41,584 nt of DNA from a virus. Location: IMG/VR virus record IMGVR_UViG_3300019487_000017; one strand, written 5' to 3'. This document shows, one piece after another, positions 1 to 10,025 of the stretch. The notes under the pieces are model-generated. The model was not told where the DNA came from. It saw only the letters and a list, made by a program, of their open reading frames with translations, and searched no databases. Position numbers and translations under genes: made by a program. Position 1 is the stretch's first letter; each line of letters opens with the position of its first letter.

Positions 1-1
1 A

Positions 2-565
2 AATGGGGCAGATCCTAATGAATTTCTGCCTAGAAAACCACAGAATTTTTTTATATCGATATGTAAATGGAGACCCCATAAGAGATTAGAAGATATATGC
101 GATTCATTTATTTATTCGGTTGAAAATGGATTGGATGCAGAATTAATTATAGGTGGACAGACGAGCTATGAAGTTGTTCATCCAAGAATTAAATTTATAG
201 GATGGATGGATAGAGATAAAATTAAGCAGTATTTATCGGGAGCAATTGCTTCCATACATTTATCATGGTTAGATTGGTGTCCTAATTCAGTGATAGAATC
301 TTTAGTTGCCGGATGTCCTGTTATTTATGCCAAATCAGGAGGTACAACTGAAATTGTTAATAATAGTGGATGGGGAATTGAAGATAAACAATGGAATTAT
401 GAACCGTGTTATTTGTATCGTCCTCCTAAGATAGATTATAAAGAAATATTTAAAGTGTACAAGGAGGCACAAGATCAGAAAAGAACAATAGTTAGAGAAG
501 ATTTATATATTAATAGAATTGCAGAACAGTATATTAGTTTTTTTGAAAGGGTTCTAAATGGGTAA
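2..565 (+). CDS. glycosyltransferase family 4 (GT-B), 5'-truncated by window edge
   Basis: Frame is open from base 2 (NGADPNEF...KWRPHKRL); contains DWCPNSVIESLVAGCPVI..SGGT.E, the GT4 C-terminal motif. Confidence 0.85.
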   Translation, partial: NGADPNEFLPRKPQNFFISICKWRPHKRLEDICDSFIYSVENGLDAELIIGGQTSYEVVHPRIKFIGWMDRDKIKQYLSGAIASIHLSWLDWCPNSVIESLVAGCPVIYAKSGGTTEIVNNSGWGIEDKQWNYEPCYLYRPPKIDYKEIFKVYKEAQDQKRTIVREDLYINRIAEQYISFFERVLNG

Positions 566-1040
566 ATCAAAAGATGTGTCATATATGTTGCCAGAAAAAG
601 CATTCGAATGGATTTTTGCCCATTTGCCTAAACGTGCTAAAATAGTTGAATTAGGTAGTGGCAAGGGAACAGAACGCTTATCAGAACGTTTTAAAATGAT
701 TTCCATTGAAGATAATCCTGATTGGATAGGAAAATATAATTCAACATATATTCATGCTCCTATTAAAGATGGCTGGTATGATCGTGACTATTTAGAAGGC
801 AAAATACCCCAAGATTATAATTTGCTTATTATAGACGGTCCATCTGGTTCAATAGGAAGACTGGGGATATTGAATAATCTAGATTTATTTAATATAAAGA
901 ATCAAATGTTAGTGGATGATATTCATAGACCAGATGAGGCAAAATTATTGGAACAATTAGAAAAAATTACAGGAAGAAAAGCAAATACAATGCGACAGAA
1001 GGCTGGATCGTTGGGTATTAGACGTTTTGGAATATTATGA
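558..1040 (+). CDS. class I SAM-dependent methyltransferase-like protein
   Basis: IVELGSGKGT motif I, SIEDN motif II, LIIDGP, VDD. Confidence 0.7.
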   Translation: MGKSKDVSYMLPEKAFEWIFAHLPKRAKIVELGSGKGTERLSERFKMISIEDNPDWIGKYNSTYIHAPIKDGWYDRDYLEGKIPQDYNLLIIDGPSGSIGRLGILNNLDLFNIKNQMLVDDIHRPDEAKLLEQLEKITGRKANTMRQKAGSLGIRRFGIL

Positions 1041-1516
1041 GAATGGTAAAAACTGTATCTTGGGAATCTTTATATTTTCCGTACAAAGAGGATCTGAAAG
1101 AATATTATGAGAAATACTTCGCGACCGAGCGTAATAATCCTTTATGGTTTTATAATTCTCCTATTTGTAGGTTTGCTGAAAAGTATCTTAAAGAAGGAAG
1201 AAGAGTATTAGATAACCTAGATCAAGATGCATTTATTAAATATGAGTATGATCGCTATAAGGAAGCTGAAACAGTTAAAAATGATACCCATAAAACTACT
1301 GCTGCTTTACGTGTAATAGATTTGATGGATTCCATTTTAAAACATGGGTATTGTAAAGGCAGCTACGATAAAGATAAACATTTAATTCGTGTAACAAAAG
1401 GTTTTATATCTCCTTATGGAAATGATTCAAATGGTTATACACTTCATACTCGTAAACATCGAGCGGCGTGTTGTGTGGCACTAAAAATGGATGCTATAAA
1501 AGTATTAGTATGTTAA
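1037..1516 (+). CDS. ParB/sulfiredoxin-fold protein (degenerate)
   Basis: LMDSILKHGY ... YTLHTRKHRAACCVAL resembles the ParB L..SI...G / DG.HR..A motifs. Confidence 0.5.
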   Translation: MRMVKTVSWESLYFPYKEDLKEYYEKYFATERNNPLWFYNSPICRFAEKYLKEGRRVLDNLDQDAFIKYEYDRYKEAETVKNDTHKTTAALRVIDLMDSILKHGYCKGSYDKDKHLIRVTKGFISPYGNDSNGYTLHTRKHRAACCVALKMDAIKVLVC

Positions 1517-2166
1517 GTAATAAATCTAGAACTGCTGTTGTCGTTCTTACATGGAATGGATTAGAACGTTTACAGAATACCTTAGAGACATTTCATAAAT
1601 ATAACGGATATGGTGTACCTGTCTATATCGTAGATAATAGATCAACTGATGGAACGATAGAGTTTATTAAGAAAGAAAATAAATACAATCTAGTAGAAAA
1701 TAATTCAAACTTAGGTATATTTCTTGGTACGTTTGCTGGACTAAATAGAGTGGTTGATGATGGTTATGATTTTGTAATTAATGTACAGAATGATTTTCCT
1801 TCATTATATGCTACTCCAATAGATCGTCTTCAAACTTATTTGGATGCAAATTTAGATGTAGGATTTGTTAGGTTAAATGATAAGAAAGATAAATCTAAAA
1901 ATCTTATTACCAATGAAAAAATCGTATATGATAAATGGGAAGCATTGAGTAGAAAGATTAGAATAGCAAAAAGTAATTATCATATTTCTTTTAATCCTAA
2001 CATGATAAGATGCAGCATTGTTAAACATTTGTCGCAGACCGATAAAATCCGAGAACGTGGAATGATGGAACAATTTGAGATGTTGGGTTTAAGATCTGCA
2101 AAAATTAACCCCCCTTGTTATAAAACTTTCCCTTGTAGAGATCGCATTAATGGATGGACGCATTAG
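1510..2166 (+). CDS. glycosyltransferase family 2
   Basis: VVVLTWN, IVDNRSTDGT, NLG, VQND; start moved to ATG 1510. Confidence 0.85.
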   Translation: MLSNKSRTAVVVLTWNGLERLQNTLETFHKYNGYGVPVYIVDNRSTDGTIEFIKKENKYNLVENNSNLGIFLGTFAGLNRVVDDGYDFVINVQNDFPSLYATPIDRLQTYLDANLDVGFVRLNDKKDKSKNLITNEKIVYDKWEALSRKIRIAKSNYHISFNPNMIRCSIVKHLSQTDKIRERGMMEQFEMLGLRSAKINPPCYKTFPCRDRINGWTH

Positions 2167-2175
2167 GAGAAATTT

Positions 2176-2907
2176 GTGCATCTACTAAGTCCAGATGAAT
2201 TTAAACAGAACAAAAAATCAGATACTATTGTAATATATGGTAGTGGTTGGTCTATTAATGAGATAACTGATTCAGAAAAAGATACTTTAACAAAATACGA
2301 TAGTATTGGATTTAATTGGTTCCTTCGTTCGAACATAGCAACAACATTTTATGTTATTCGAGAACAAGCAAATAACCATAAAAGGGTTAGTGTTGACGAA
2401 ACACCAGACATTTTTATATCTCAAATTAATAGAGAACCTTACATTAAAAGCATTTTAGTTGTTCATGATATTACAGAACATTCTCCTAAATCCATTTCTT
2501 ATAATACAGAACCGTATTTATCTCGTTTTAATGGTAGTGGCGTAATCGTAAAAGATATCCATTCGTCAGGACAGAAACAACGGTTTAATAAAGATATATT
2601 TACAAAGGGTGTTTATCATGGATCTTGTACTTTAAATAACATTATTCATATTGCTATTTATTTAGGGTATTCTCGTATGATATTTGCTGGAATAGATTTA
2701 AATGATTCCAGATATTTTTGGTTAAAATATGATGAGACAAGACATACTGTAGCAAAGAAAAAACAACAATATAATTCACGTCATGCGATTTCTGTCCCGG
2801 TTCTGAACATTATTAGTCAAATAAAAGACGAATATAATATAGATATGTCGGTCGTTAATCCGCGTTCTTTATTGACTAAATTAGTAAAAGTCTGGAACAG
2901 AAAATGA
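2176..2907 (+). CDS. DUF115/Maf-like Rossmann protein (putative ulosonic acid transferase)
   Basis: IVIYGSGWSI, SIGFN, AIYLGYSRMIFAGIDL pattern; AGGAG RBS upstream of GTG. Confidence 0.6.
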   Translation: MHLLSPDEFKQNKKSDTIVIYGSGWSINEITDSEKDTLTKYDSIGFNWFLRSNIATTFYVIREQANNHKRVSVDETPDIFISQINREPYIKSILVVHDITEHSPKSISYNTEPYLSRFNGSGVIVKDIHSSGQKQRFNKDIFTKGVYHGSCTLNNIIHIAIYLGYSRMIFAGIDLNDSRYFWLKYDETRHTVAKKKQQYNSRHAISVPVLNIISQIKDEYNIDMSVVNPRSLLTKLVKVWNRK

Positions 2908-3788
2908 AGATATTATGTGTTACGGATATAGAAGGTCGGGTACAATACCGACGAATGGCGATGCTGCAAAATTACATGAAAAAGCATCAATTGATTGTAG
3001 TCCATTCAAACAGACCAATTAAATTTAGAAAATACCCATTAGTATACTATTCTAATTATTCTATATATGATTCCAAACCTTGTGATAGACAAATTCCCAA
3101 AATTTGTTCTATTACAAGTCATCGTTGTTTAAAAGATAAAAACAGAACACTTAAGAAATTAGCAGAATTCCAAGGCGTTTCTGTAAATAACATGATTTTG
3201 TATAATGCTTTCAGAAATGATCTAGATAATATTTTTTATACTCCAAATGGGGTTCACACCAATGTGTTTGTTCCACCACCTCAGTATCCCAAAAATGAGA
3301 AGTTAGTAATTGGATGGGTAGGAAATAAAGATAGAGCTGTGAAACGATATAGAGAGATTTTTAAGCCTTTAAAAAAACAATATGAAGATAAATATAATTT
3401 TGAGATAATAGGTACTCGTAAGTCAGATTCCGCAGATGATATATACACAACAGAAGAAATGGTTTCTTATTATCAAAAATTAGATGTGTTATTAGTAACA
3501 AGTGATAATGAAGGAACACCCAATCCTGCATTAGAGGCTATGTCTTGTGGAGTACCAGTTATTACAACAAGAGTAGGTAATATGCCTGAGATAATTATTA
3601 ATGGTAAAAATGGCATATTTGTAGATAAAAACGTAGATTCTTTTGGTGCGGCAATTAGTGAATTTGCGGAGAAATCATCGGATGAAAGATTTGCTATGAG
3701 AGAAATGGCAAGGCAATTAATTTTACCCTGGGACTGGGATAACAAAGCAGAAGCTTGGGTGGATTTTTTAGAGGGCTTTGCTGTATGA
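2904..3788 (+). CDS. glycosyltransferase family 4
   Basis: TPNGV, IGWVG, SDNEGTPNPALEAMSCGVPVITTRVG. Confidence 0.9.
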   Translation: MKILCVTDIEGRVQYRRMAMLQNYMKKHQLIVVHSNRPIKFRKYPLVYYSNYSIYDSKPCDRQIPKICSITSHRCLKDKNRTLKKLAEFQGVSVNNMILYNAFRNDLDNIFYTPNGVHTNVFVPPPQYPKNEKLVIGWVGNKDRAVKRYREIFKPLKKQYEDKYNFEIIGTRKSDSADDIYTTEEMVSYYQKLDVLLVTSDNEGTPNPALEAMSCGVPVITTRVGNMPEIIINGKNGIFVDKNVDSFGAAISEFAEKSSDERFAMREMARQLILPWDWDNKAEAWVDFLEGFAV

Positions 3789-4456
3789 AAAATTTAGACG
3801 GTTTATTAGACATATTCCTAATTACCAACGGAAGATCTACATTTCAATATGCTTTGCAATCCTTATTAGATCAACAGGATATAATTTGTAATCCTCAAAT
3901 AATAAAGGATCTCCCGTGGTTAGAAGCAAATTTAACTATAGTCTCTCGTTGCAAAAGCAAATATTTTCTACGTGTAGATGATGATATGTTGCTGCATCCT
4001 AAGACTATATCATTTATGTTAAAATGTATAAAAGATCAGGACAGTAATATAGCATTACGAGGATGGAGATTATGGGAACCATATAGTTTAAAAGTATGCA
4101 AGGGCATCAAGATATATAATCATAAACTTGTGCAGATGATAGGGTTTAGAATAAATGAACTTGGCAAGATAGACAAACCATTTACTGAAGATGCAACTAA
4201 ACAAGGATTTAAACAAGTTTATACGGATGATGTAGTAGCTATTCATAGTTGTTCAACGTTCGAAGAGCATTTAGATTATGCAGTAAAGAGAGGGGAAGAT
4301 AAGGGAAAAGATTTTAAAAAAGAAAAAAGATGGATGCGGAATCAAATTGGCAATTTTAATTTAAGTTTAGAACAACAATATGTTTTAAGAACAGATTTTT
4401 TAGAAACATTGAACACTAAGAAGAAGACTGATTTTTCTAGATATTTGAAAAAATGA
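3785..4456 (+). CDS. glycosyltransferase family 2-like (GT-A)
   Basis: ALQSLLDQ, YFLRVDDDMLL (DxD); ATGA overlap start at 3785. Confidence 0.75.
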   Translation: MKNLDGLLDIFLITNGRSTFQYALQSLLDQQDIICNPQIIKDLPWLEANLTIVSRCKSKYFLRVDDDMLLHPKTISFMLKCIKDQDSNIALRGWRLWEPYSLKVCKGIKIYNHKLVQMIGFRINELGKIDKPFTEDATKQGFKQVYTDDVVAIHSCSTFEEHLDYAVKRGEDKGKDFKKEKRWMRNQIGNFNLSLEQQYVLRTDFLETLNTKKKTDFSRYLKK

Positions 4457-5346
4457 AGAATATACTTTTTGCTATTTTTACATGTAATCGTCTTCATTAT
4501 CTGAAGAATTGTCTTAATTCTATTGTAAAGTTTGTTGATCTAAATCAAATTGATATACTTGTTTGCGATAACTTGACAGTAGAAACTGGCTTTCAAGATT
4601 ACATGAATTTGATGAACAAAAATTATAATATTATGTTACATCAGTTTAAAGATAGAACAAGAAACGAGCTTTATAGGGCTATGAACTTTGCAATTGATTT
4701 TGCGAAAAAACAATCTTATGAGATAATTAATTTTGTTCAGGATGATTATCAATATCTTTATAAGAGAGATGCCCATTTAAGAGAAGTAAGAGATATTTTA
4801 TCGCAGCATCCCAATATTGTCCAAGTAAATACAAATCTGGTTTGGAGAAGAAAAAATAAAAAAATAGGAAAGATTGGACATTTTAAAACAGAAACTGCTA
4901 ACTATGGCAAATTGTATGCAAAATTTCCTTGTGATAATGGATTTACAAGAGTATCAGCATATGAAAAAATAGGTTCTTATCCTACAGATGCAATTAGCTG
5001 GGGTTTTGGGAAAAATAGATATGTAGGAAAAGTAAACGGAGAAGTTTGGTTTGGTCAAGAATGCAAAAAAAGAGGTTGGTCCAGATGTCTAAGTTATTAT
5101 CCTAATTTAGCTATGATGTTTGATTGCGCTTATGTTAGAGGCGATGAACGATATGGTAGATATTTTCCACCTTCTAAAGAGTTTTATTTGAAAGAACTAT
5201 TTGAAGTTGATATAGAAAGAATATCTAAAAACAACGAACAGCAGTTATTTTCTTTCATAGAAGAATATTGTGTACCAGATGGATGGACCCCAAAAACTTT
5301 AGACAAGCATTCTCCGTCAACAGAGGGTGTATCTATTTATGAGTGA
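4453..5346 (+). CDS. glycosyltransferase family 2-like (GT-A)
   Basis: FAIFTCNRLHYLKNCLNSI, VCDN, AMNFA, FVQDD. Confidence 0.8.
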   Translation: MKNILFAIFTCNRLHYLKNCLNSIVKFVDLNQIDILVCDNLTVETGFQDYMNLMNKNYNIMLHQFKDRTRNELYRAMNFAIDFAKKQSYEIINFVQDDYQYLYKRDAHLREVRDILSQHPNIVQVNTNLVWRRKNKKIGKIGHFKTETANYGKLYAKFPCDNGFTRVSAYEKIGSYPTDAISWGFGKNRYVGKVNGEVWFGQECKKRGWSRCLSYYPNLAMMFDCAYVRGDERYGRYFPPSKEFYLKELFEVDIERISKNNEQQLFSFIEEYCVPDGWTPKTLDKHSPSTEGVSIYE

Positions 5347-6154
5347 TAAAGATAATTATTATTATGTAACCGCTGCTACGGGAGAAGCATTTATAACAAA
5401 TTTTGCTCAGTATGCAGTGCGCAGCCTTATTAAAACTGGAGTTCCGCGTAAAAATATTCATTTGGCTATTAATGCTTCAGATAATAAAAGCAAAGTTAAA
5501 AAGTTAATACCTAAAGGCATACATATACATACTATACAGGAGGATGTGAGTTATGTAGTATGGGCATTGTCAAAAGGAAAACGAAGATATTCATTGTTCA
5601 AAGCTGCAGCTCTCCATAAATTATTCCCAGAGCCTATACCAAATAAATATATGATATACTTTGATGGTGATGTACTTTGGTTTAAAGATCCTACTCCATT
5701 TTTCAATACTAAAAATCAGAAGACTTGGTTTCATCATGGAAAGGGGTTGGATAAAAGAGCTAAGATTAAGAAAGAAGATGTGGATATTAAAGATATACAA
5801 TCTTTATCTCAATGGGTTAGTGAACCTTGTGCAGAGCTAATGGTTCATTATGGTGCAAAAGTGTTGCCAGATAGAGAAGTTGTTGCAGGATTATATCTCC
5901 TTCATCCCCGTGATCATGCCAAAGTTCTAAAATTAACATATGATGGGTGTAAACGGAATGCAACAAAGTTTAGAGATCATGAAGGTGCAGGCGATCAAAA
6001 ACCTATGAATGCCGCTTTATCCGTTTTAAATACTGATTGGCATGGTGGTTCTCGTTTCTTTTGTCCAGAAGCTGCAGAGTATTTTGAACATTATTTTGGA
6101 GATGCTAAAGCAAAAGAAGAGTTTAGAACGAAGATAGAAGAGTTACAGTTATGA
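5339..6154 (+). CDS. GT-A glycosyltransferase, GT8/GT77-like
   Basis: AVRSL, IYFDGDVLW (DxD), AGLY, GDQ..MN, H.FG; start moved to ATG 5339. Confidence 0.65.
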   Translation: MSDKDNYYYVTAATGEAFITNFAQYAVRSLIKTGVPRKNIHLAINASDNKSKVKKLIPKGIHIHTIQEDVSYVVWALSKGKRRYSLFKAAALHKLFPEPIPNKYMIYFDGDVLWFKDPTPFFNTKNQKTWFHHGKGLDKRAKIKKEDVDIKDIQSLSQWVSEPCAELMVHYGAKVLPDREVVAGLYLLHPRDHAKVLKLTYDGCKRNATKFRDHEGAGDQKPMNAALSVLNTDWHGGSRFFCPEAAEYFEHYFGDAKAKEEFRTKIEELQL

Positions 6155-6633
6155 TAAAGATTCCTGTTGTTGGAATACCTTCTTGGAAATGGAAAAAACG
6201 TCTTTTAAAACAGGCGATAGCACAACCATTAATAGAAAAAATTCCAATAACAGATTTATGTTACGAATTAGACAGACATGCTGAATTATTGAAGGCTTTT
6301 GATAAAAAGACAGATATAAAGAAAACTGCATATTTTAAATATCAAAGAGAAAATGATAATAAAATTAAAACTGTTATAAAACGAATTGGAGAATTTAGAC
6401 AACTTTACAAGAAAATAAGATCTCGTGGGATAGTTGGATATGCAGCGGTAATAACTGAAGATGGATGTAGATTAGATGGATCTCATCGCTTATCTATTTT
6501 AAAACATTTAAACGTAGAATCTGCATATATTAATGTTGTTTATTATGATAGATTTTATGATAAAGAAAAGATAGAAAAAATAAAACAGCAAGTAAAAGAA
6601 TTTAGAAGAACTGAATATGGTTTTGAGGATTAA
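6151..6633 (+). CDS. ParB/sulfiredoxin-fold protein
   Basis: LYKKIRSRG ... LDGSHRLSILKHL. Confidence 0.7.
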   Translation: MIKIPVVGIPSWKWKKRLLKQAIAQPLIEKIPITDLCYELDRHAELLKAFDKKTDIKKTAYFKYQRENDNKIKTVIKRIGEFRQLYKKIRSRGIVGYAAVITEDGCRLDGSHRLSILKHLNVESAYINVVYYDRFYDKEKIEKIKQQVKEFRRTEYGFED

Positions 6634-6635
6634 AA

Positions 6636-7283
6636 ATGACTACTGAAGATATACGCCACAGGATAAAAGAAATAGGAGAAGAACCTTGGTATTATTATTA
6701 CGATTTTGCTGGAGTAGAAGTACAACCAAAGTTAAAAAATGATAAAACTTGTGGTCTTTTAAATTGGAACAAAAAGCTTAAACCTATAATTCAAAAATTT
6801 ACACAGGAGTTTCATACTCCAAAACTATTAGATATAGGTTGCAATATGGCATTATATGCTCATGAAATGACTAAAATGGGTATAGATGTTTTAGCAGTTG
6901 ATCGACAGGTTGTTACTTCTCAGTTTTTTCAAGAATATGTTCAGAGCTATTTAAAGGAACCTTGGAATGTTCAAGTACTACAAATGGATGTAACTAAAGA
7001 TAATTTACCTGAATTCGCACCAGATGTAATTACAATGTTTTGCGTTTTATATCATTTACATCCATTAGAATGCGATGTTATAAAAAGGATACAAGTTGCT
7101 TATCCTAATCATAAATATCTTATTATACAAGGGAATATTCCCCGTGTTAAAAAGAAAAAACAACCATTGGCTGGAGTCAAAGGCATGAAAAAGTTCTTGA
7201 CAAATTTAAATTACGAAATTGTGGAAGTTTATGAATGGGATGGATATCAAAAACCCGTTGTAGTAGCTAAATATAAAGAATGA
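6636..7283 (+). CDS. class I SAM-dependent methyltransferase
   Basis: LLDIGCNMA, AVD, DVITMFCVLYHL. Confidence 0.85.
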   Translation: MTTEDIRHRIKEIGEEPWYYYYDFAGVEVQPKLKNDKTCGLLNWNKKLKPIIQKFTQEFHTPKLLDIGCNMALYAHEMTKMGIDVLAVDRQVVTSQFFQEYVQSYLKEPWNVQVLQMDVTKDNLPEFAPDVITMFCVLYHLHPLECDVIKRIQVAYPNHKYLIIQGNIPRVKKKKQPLAGVKGMKKFLTNLNYEIVEVYEWDGYQKPVVVAKYKE

Positions 7284-7284
7284 T

Positions 7285-7824
7285 ATGAAGATTTTAACAC
7301 CATATGGTTTAAAACCTGTTAAAACGGAAGTAGTTGATTTAAGAACTTGTTATTCACAATGTCGTCCGAATCAACCAATAGATGAATTATTGCTTGTAAA
7401 TGGGAAAGTAGATAGAAATATGATGAACTCTCCACATTTTGAATTTGCCAATTTCTATTATTCAAACGAAAAACATTTAAGAAATATATTTTCGCATACT
7501 AGATATGCTAAAATGTTGAGATTATTTGGCAGAGAACCCATATTTCCAGAGAAATTTGCACAATTGTGTGATTCTATAAAAGCTGGATATTTGAGACGTA
7601 AACATGAAGAAAATTATATAGTTATTCTTATGGAATCATTTGCAAGATCCAGGTATAATAGAGATGATGTTTTAAATTTAGTACCAGAAGTGTGGTCAGG
7701 ACATCATCGTATAGGCTCATTATTAGCATTAGGTAGGTACTCTGCCAAAGTTTGTATAGCTGAAGATATAGCCAAGGGTACTAAAATGTCCTATGGGAAA
7801 ATACATTTTTTATGTATTAAATAA
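7285..7824 (+). CDS. ParB/sulfiredoxin-fold protein
   Basis: LCDSIKAGY ... EVWSGHHRIGSLLALG. Confidence 0.6.
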   Translation: MKILTPYGLKPVKTEVVDLRTCYSQCRPNQPIDELLLVNGKVDRNMMNSPHFEFANFYYSNEKHLRNIFSHTRYAKMLRLFGREPIFPEKFAQLCDSIKAGYLRRKHEENYIVILMESFARSRYNRDDVLNLVPEVWSGHHRIGSLLALGRYSAKVCIAEDIAKGTKMSYGKIHFLCIK

Positions 7825-7826
7825 TA

Positions 7827-8741
7827 ATGAATATACTTTTATTAACAGATCGTGCTAATTGGGCGTATCATTCAATAGCAAAAGCATTACAAAAATTCAA
7901 CACAGATAGCAATCTTTCTTTAGATATAGTCCATATTAAGAAAAACATTAAGCATGTTAAATCTATTTATAGACAGTATGATCGTTATTTAGTGATGGGA
8001 TGGCAAAATTATGAAGAAGTTGATTTTCTACCTAAATCTCAAACTATGTTAGGAATACATTCTCATCATTCATTTGATGATAGAAAAACTACTCCTGATC
8101 ATGATATAAATCCTCCTAAAAAGTTAATAGATTGGCTTAATGAATTTAAAGGTATAAATGCTGTCTCTTTACGTTTATTTAAGCTATTTAAAAACAACGG
8201 ATTAACAAATATCTATTATACTCCTAATGGAGTCGATTCAGCGGTTTTTAAACCATTGAATCATAAGCCTTCTAATGATTTTACGGTTGGATATTCTGGC
8301 TCTTCTTCTCATGATTGGAGAAAAGGAACTTCTGATTTTATTATTCCTGCAGCTAAAAAAGCTGGAGTAAAAACAAAATTAGCTATGCTCGCCACTGGTA
8401 GTTATGTGCCTTTAGAAGATATGCCGTCTTTTTATCACAAGATAGATGCTTATATTTGCGCATCTTTATCAGAAGGCTTTTCATTGAGTGTTTTAGAAGC
8501 GGCTTCATGTGGTAGACCAATTATAACTACAAAAGTTGGAGGAACGTCAGAATTAACTGGAAAGGAACAAACTATATATTTGGTTGAAAGGGATGTAGAT
8601 GCATTTGCCGAAAAAATAACATGGTTAAAACATCATCCTGAAGAGTTTGCAAAATTGAGTAATAATATACGAAATCATGTAGTTAATAATCTTGATTGGA
8701 GCAAGCAATCAAAAGCATGGTATAATTTTTTAAGCATATAG
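7827..8741 (+). CDS. glycosyltransferase family 4
   Basis: TPNGVD, VGYSG, SLSEGFSLSVLEAASCGRPIITTKVGG. Confidence 0.9.
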   Translation: MNILLLTDRANWAYHSIAKALQKFNTDSNLSLDIVHIKKNIKHVKSIYRQYDRYLVMGWQNYEEVDFLPKSQTMLGIHSHHSFDDRKTTPDHDINPPKKLIDWLNEFKGINAVSLRLFKLFKNNGLTNIYYTPNGVDSAVFKPLNHKPSNDFTVGYSGSSSHDWRKGTSDFIIPAAKKAGVKTKLAMLATGSYVPLEDMPSFYHKIDAYICASLSEGFSLSVLEAASCGRPIITTKVGGTSELTGKEQTIYLVERDVDAFAEKITWLKHHPEEFAKLSNNIRNHVVNNLDWSKQSKAWYNFLSI

Positions 8742-8749
8742 GTTTTTTA

Positions 8750-9343
8750 ATGTGGTCTAAAGAATTTGAATTAAGATATTGGAATCAAACTGGACTAGAT
8801 AAAGGTTCAACGATATATGATAATTATTGTCTTGCCTTTAATATAGACATTAAATCTCTAAAAGGTAAAAAGATTGCAGATATAGGTTGCGGACCTTTTG
8901 GAGGAGTGTTATGCCATCATCCTAATTTAGATGTAACTCCAATCGATATTTTAGCTACCGAATATAACAAATTAAAAAAATCTCCTAAATCTATTGTTGA
9001 AGGCGATTTAAGTGGGGAACTACCTTTTGAAAAAGAATCATTTGATATAATATTCTGTACAAATGCTATCGATCATATACCTCATATAACTCACGGTTTA
9101 TCTGAAATGGAACGTGTTTTAAGGAAAGATGGGATAATTTATTTACATGTACATATAAGAAAACGAAAAGAGATTAATAAAGCACATATACATTGCATAA
9201 ATTTAAAACGAATGAAGCAAATGATATCTAAGGCAAAATTGTTGATACAAAAAGCTGAAGAATCATCAGATTGGGTAAATAAAGAAGACAGGAAAGCTCT
9301 TTACTTAGAGTTAATTAAAAATGAAAATAATCCCATCAGTTGA
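8750..9343 (+). CDS. class I SAM-dependent methyltransferase (type 11-like)
   Basis: IADIGCGP, LPFEKESFDII, LSEMERVLRKDG. Confidence 0.9.
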   Translation: MWSKEFELRYWNQTGLDKGSTIYDNYCLAFNIDIKSLKGKKIADIGCGPFGGVLCHHPNLDVTPIDILATEYNKLKKSPKSIVEGDLSGELPFEKESFDIIFCTNAIDHIPHITHGLSEMERVLRKDGIIYLHVHIRKRKEINKAHIHCINLKRMKQMISKAKLLIQKAEESSDWVNKEDRKALYLELIKNENNPIS

Positions 9344-10025
9344 TATCAATCCTATTGTTTTTAGAGATGAATTCGTAAAAGTTCTTTCAGACTTATCAAA
9401 GAGATATAGTTTTTTCTCGTTTTCTACTCCCAGACGTTCAATGTCAAACGCTGAAATGTTTTTTATTACTCATGCCATATCCCAATTCCAACCAGAACAA
9501 GTATTTGAATCAGGTGTTTATAAGGGTAGAAGTACTCTTATAATTGCCGAAGTGTTAGCTAGATTTTCTCCTAAGACAAAATATTCTGTTGCTTGTTTAG
9601 GAAGAGAACCTGAAGTAGAAGAAATTATCAGAGATTATCCTAGTATCGTTTTTCGTTCAAAACCGGGAGAAAGTGCGGTAAGAAAATTAGATAAATTATT
9701 ATCTACTATAATGGTTATTGACGGACCAAAGGCTAGATCTGAATCCCCTATAATATATAAAGAAGCATTAAATTTTCCATCTTTAATAGGTCTATTTCAA
9801 CATGATGTATCAAGAAAGTTGGATAGACGGATTTTTAGAAGCTACTATAAAAAACATTATAGTAAAAATTTTACATTACAATTTTTGTATAAACCAATTG
9901 TAGATATCCCTGACGAATCTGATAATACGATACCAAATAATTTAGGGATGTATTTTACTAAATATACTCAAAACAAAGGTTTCCCATGCAATTGTATAGA
10001 TGTGAAAACGGAAGAAAATTTTTAA
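9321..10025 (+). CDS. class I SAM-dependent methyltransferase-like (Methyltransf_24-like)
   Basis: VFESGVYKGRST, VIDGPK, QHD. Confidence 0.6.
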   Translation: MKIIPSVDINPIVFRDEFVKVLSDLSKRYSFFSFSTPRRSMSNAEMFFITHAISQFQPEQVFESGVYKGRSTLIIAEVLARFSPKTKYSVACLGREPEVEEIIRDYPSIVFRSKPGESAVRKLDKLLSTIMVIDGPKARSESPIIYKEALNFPSLIGLFQHDVSRKLDRRIFRSYYKKHYSKNFTLQFLYKPIVDIPDESDNTIPNNLGMYFTKYTQNKGFPCNCIDVKTEENF

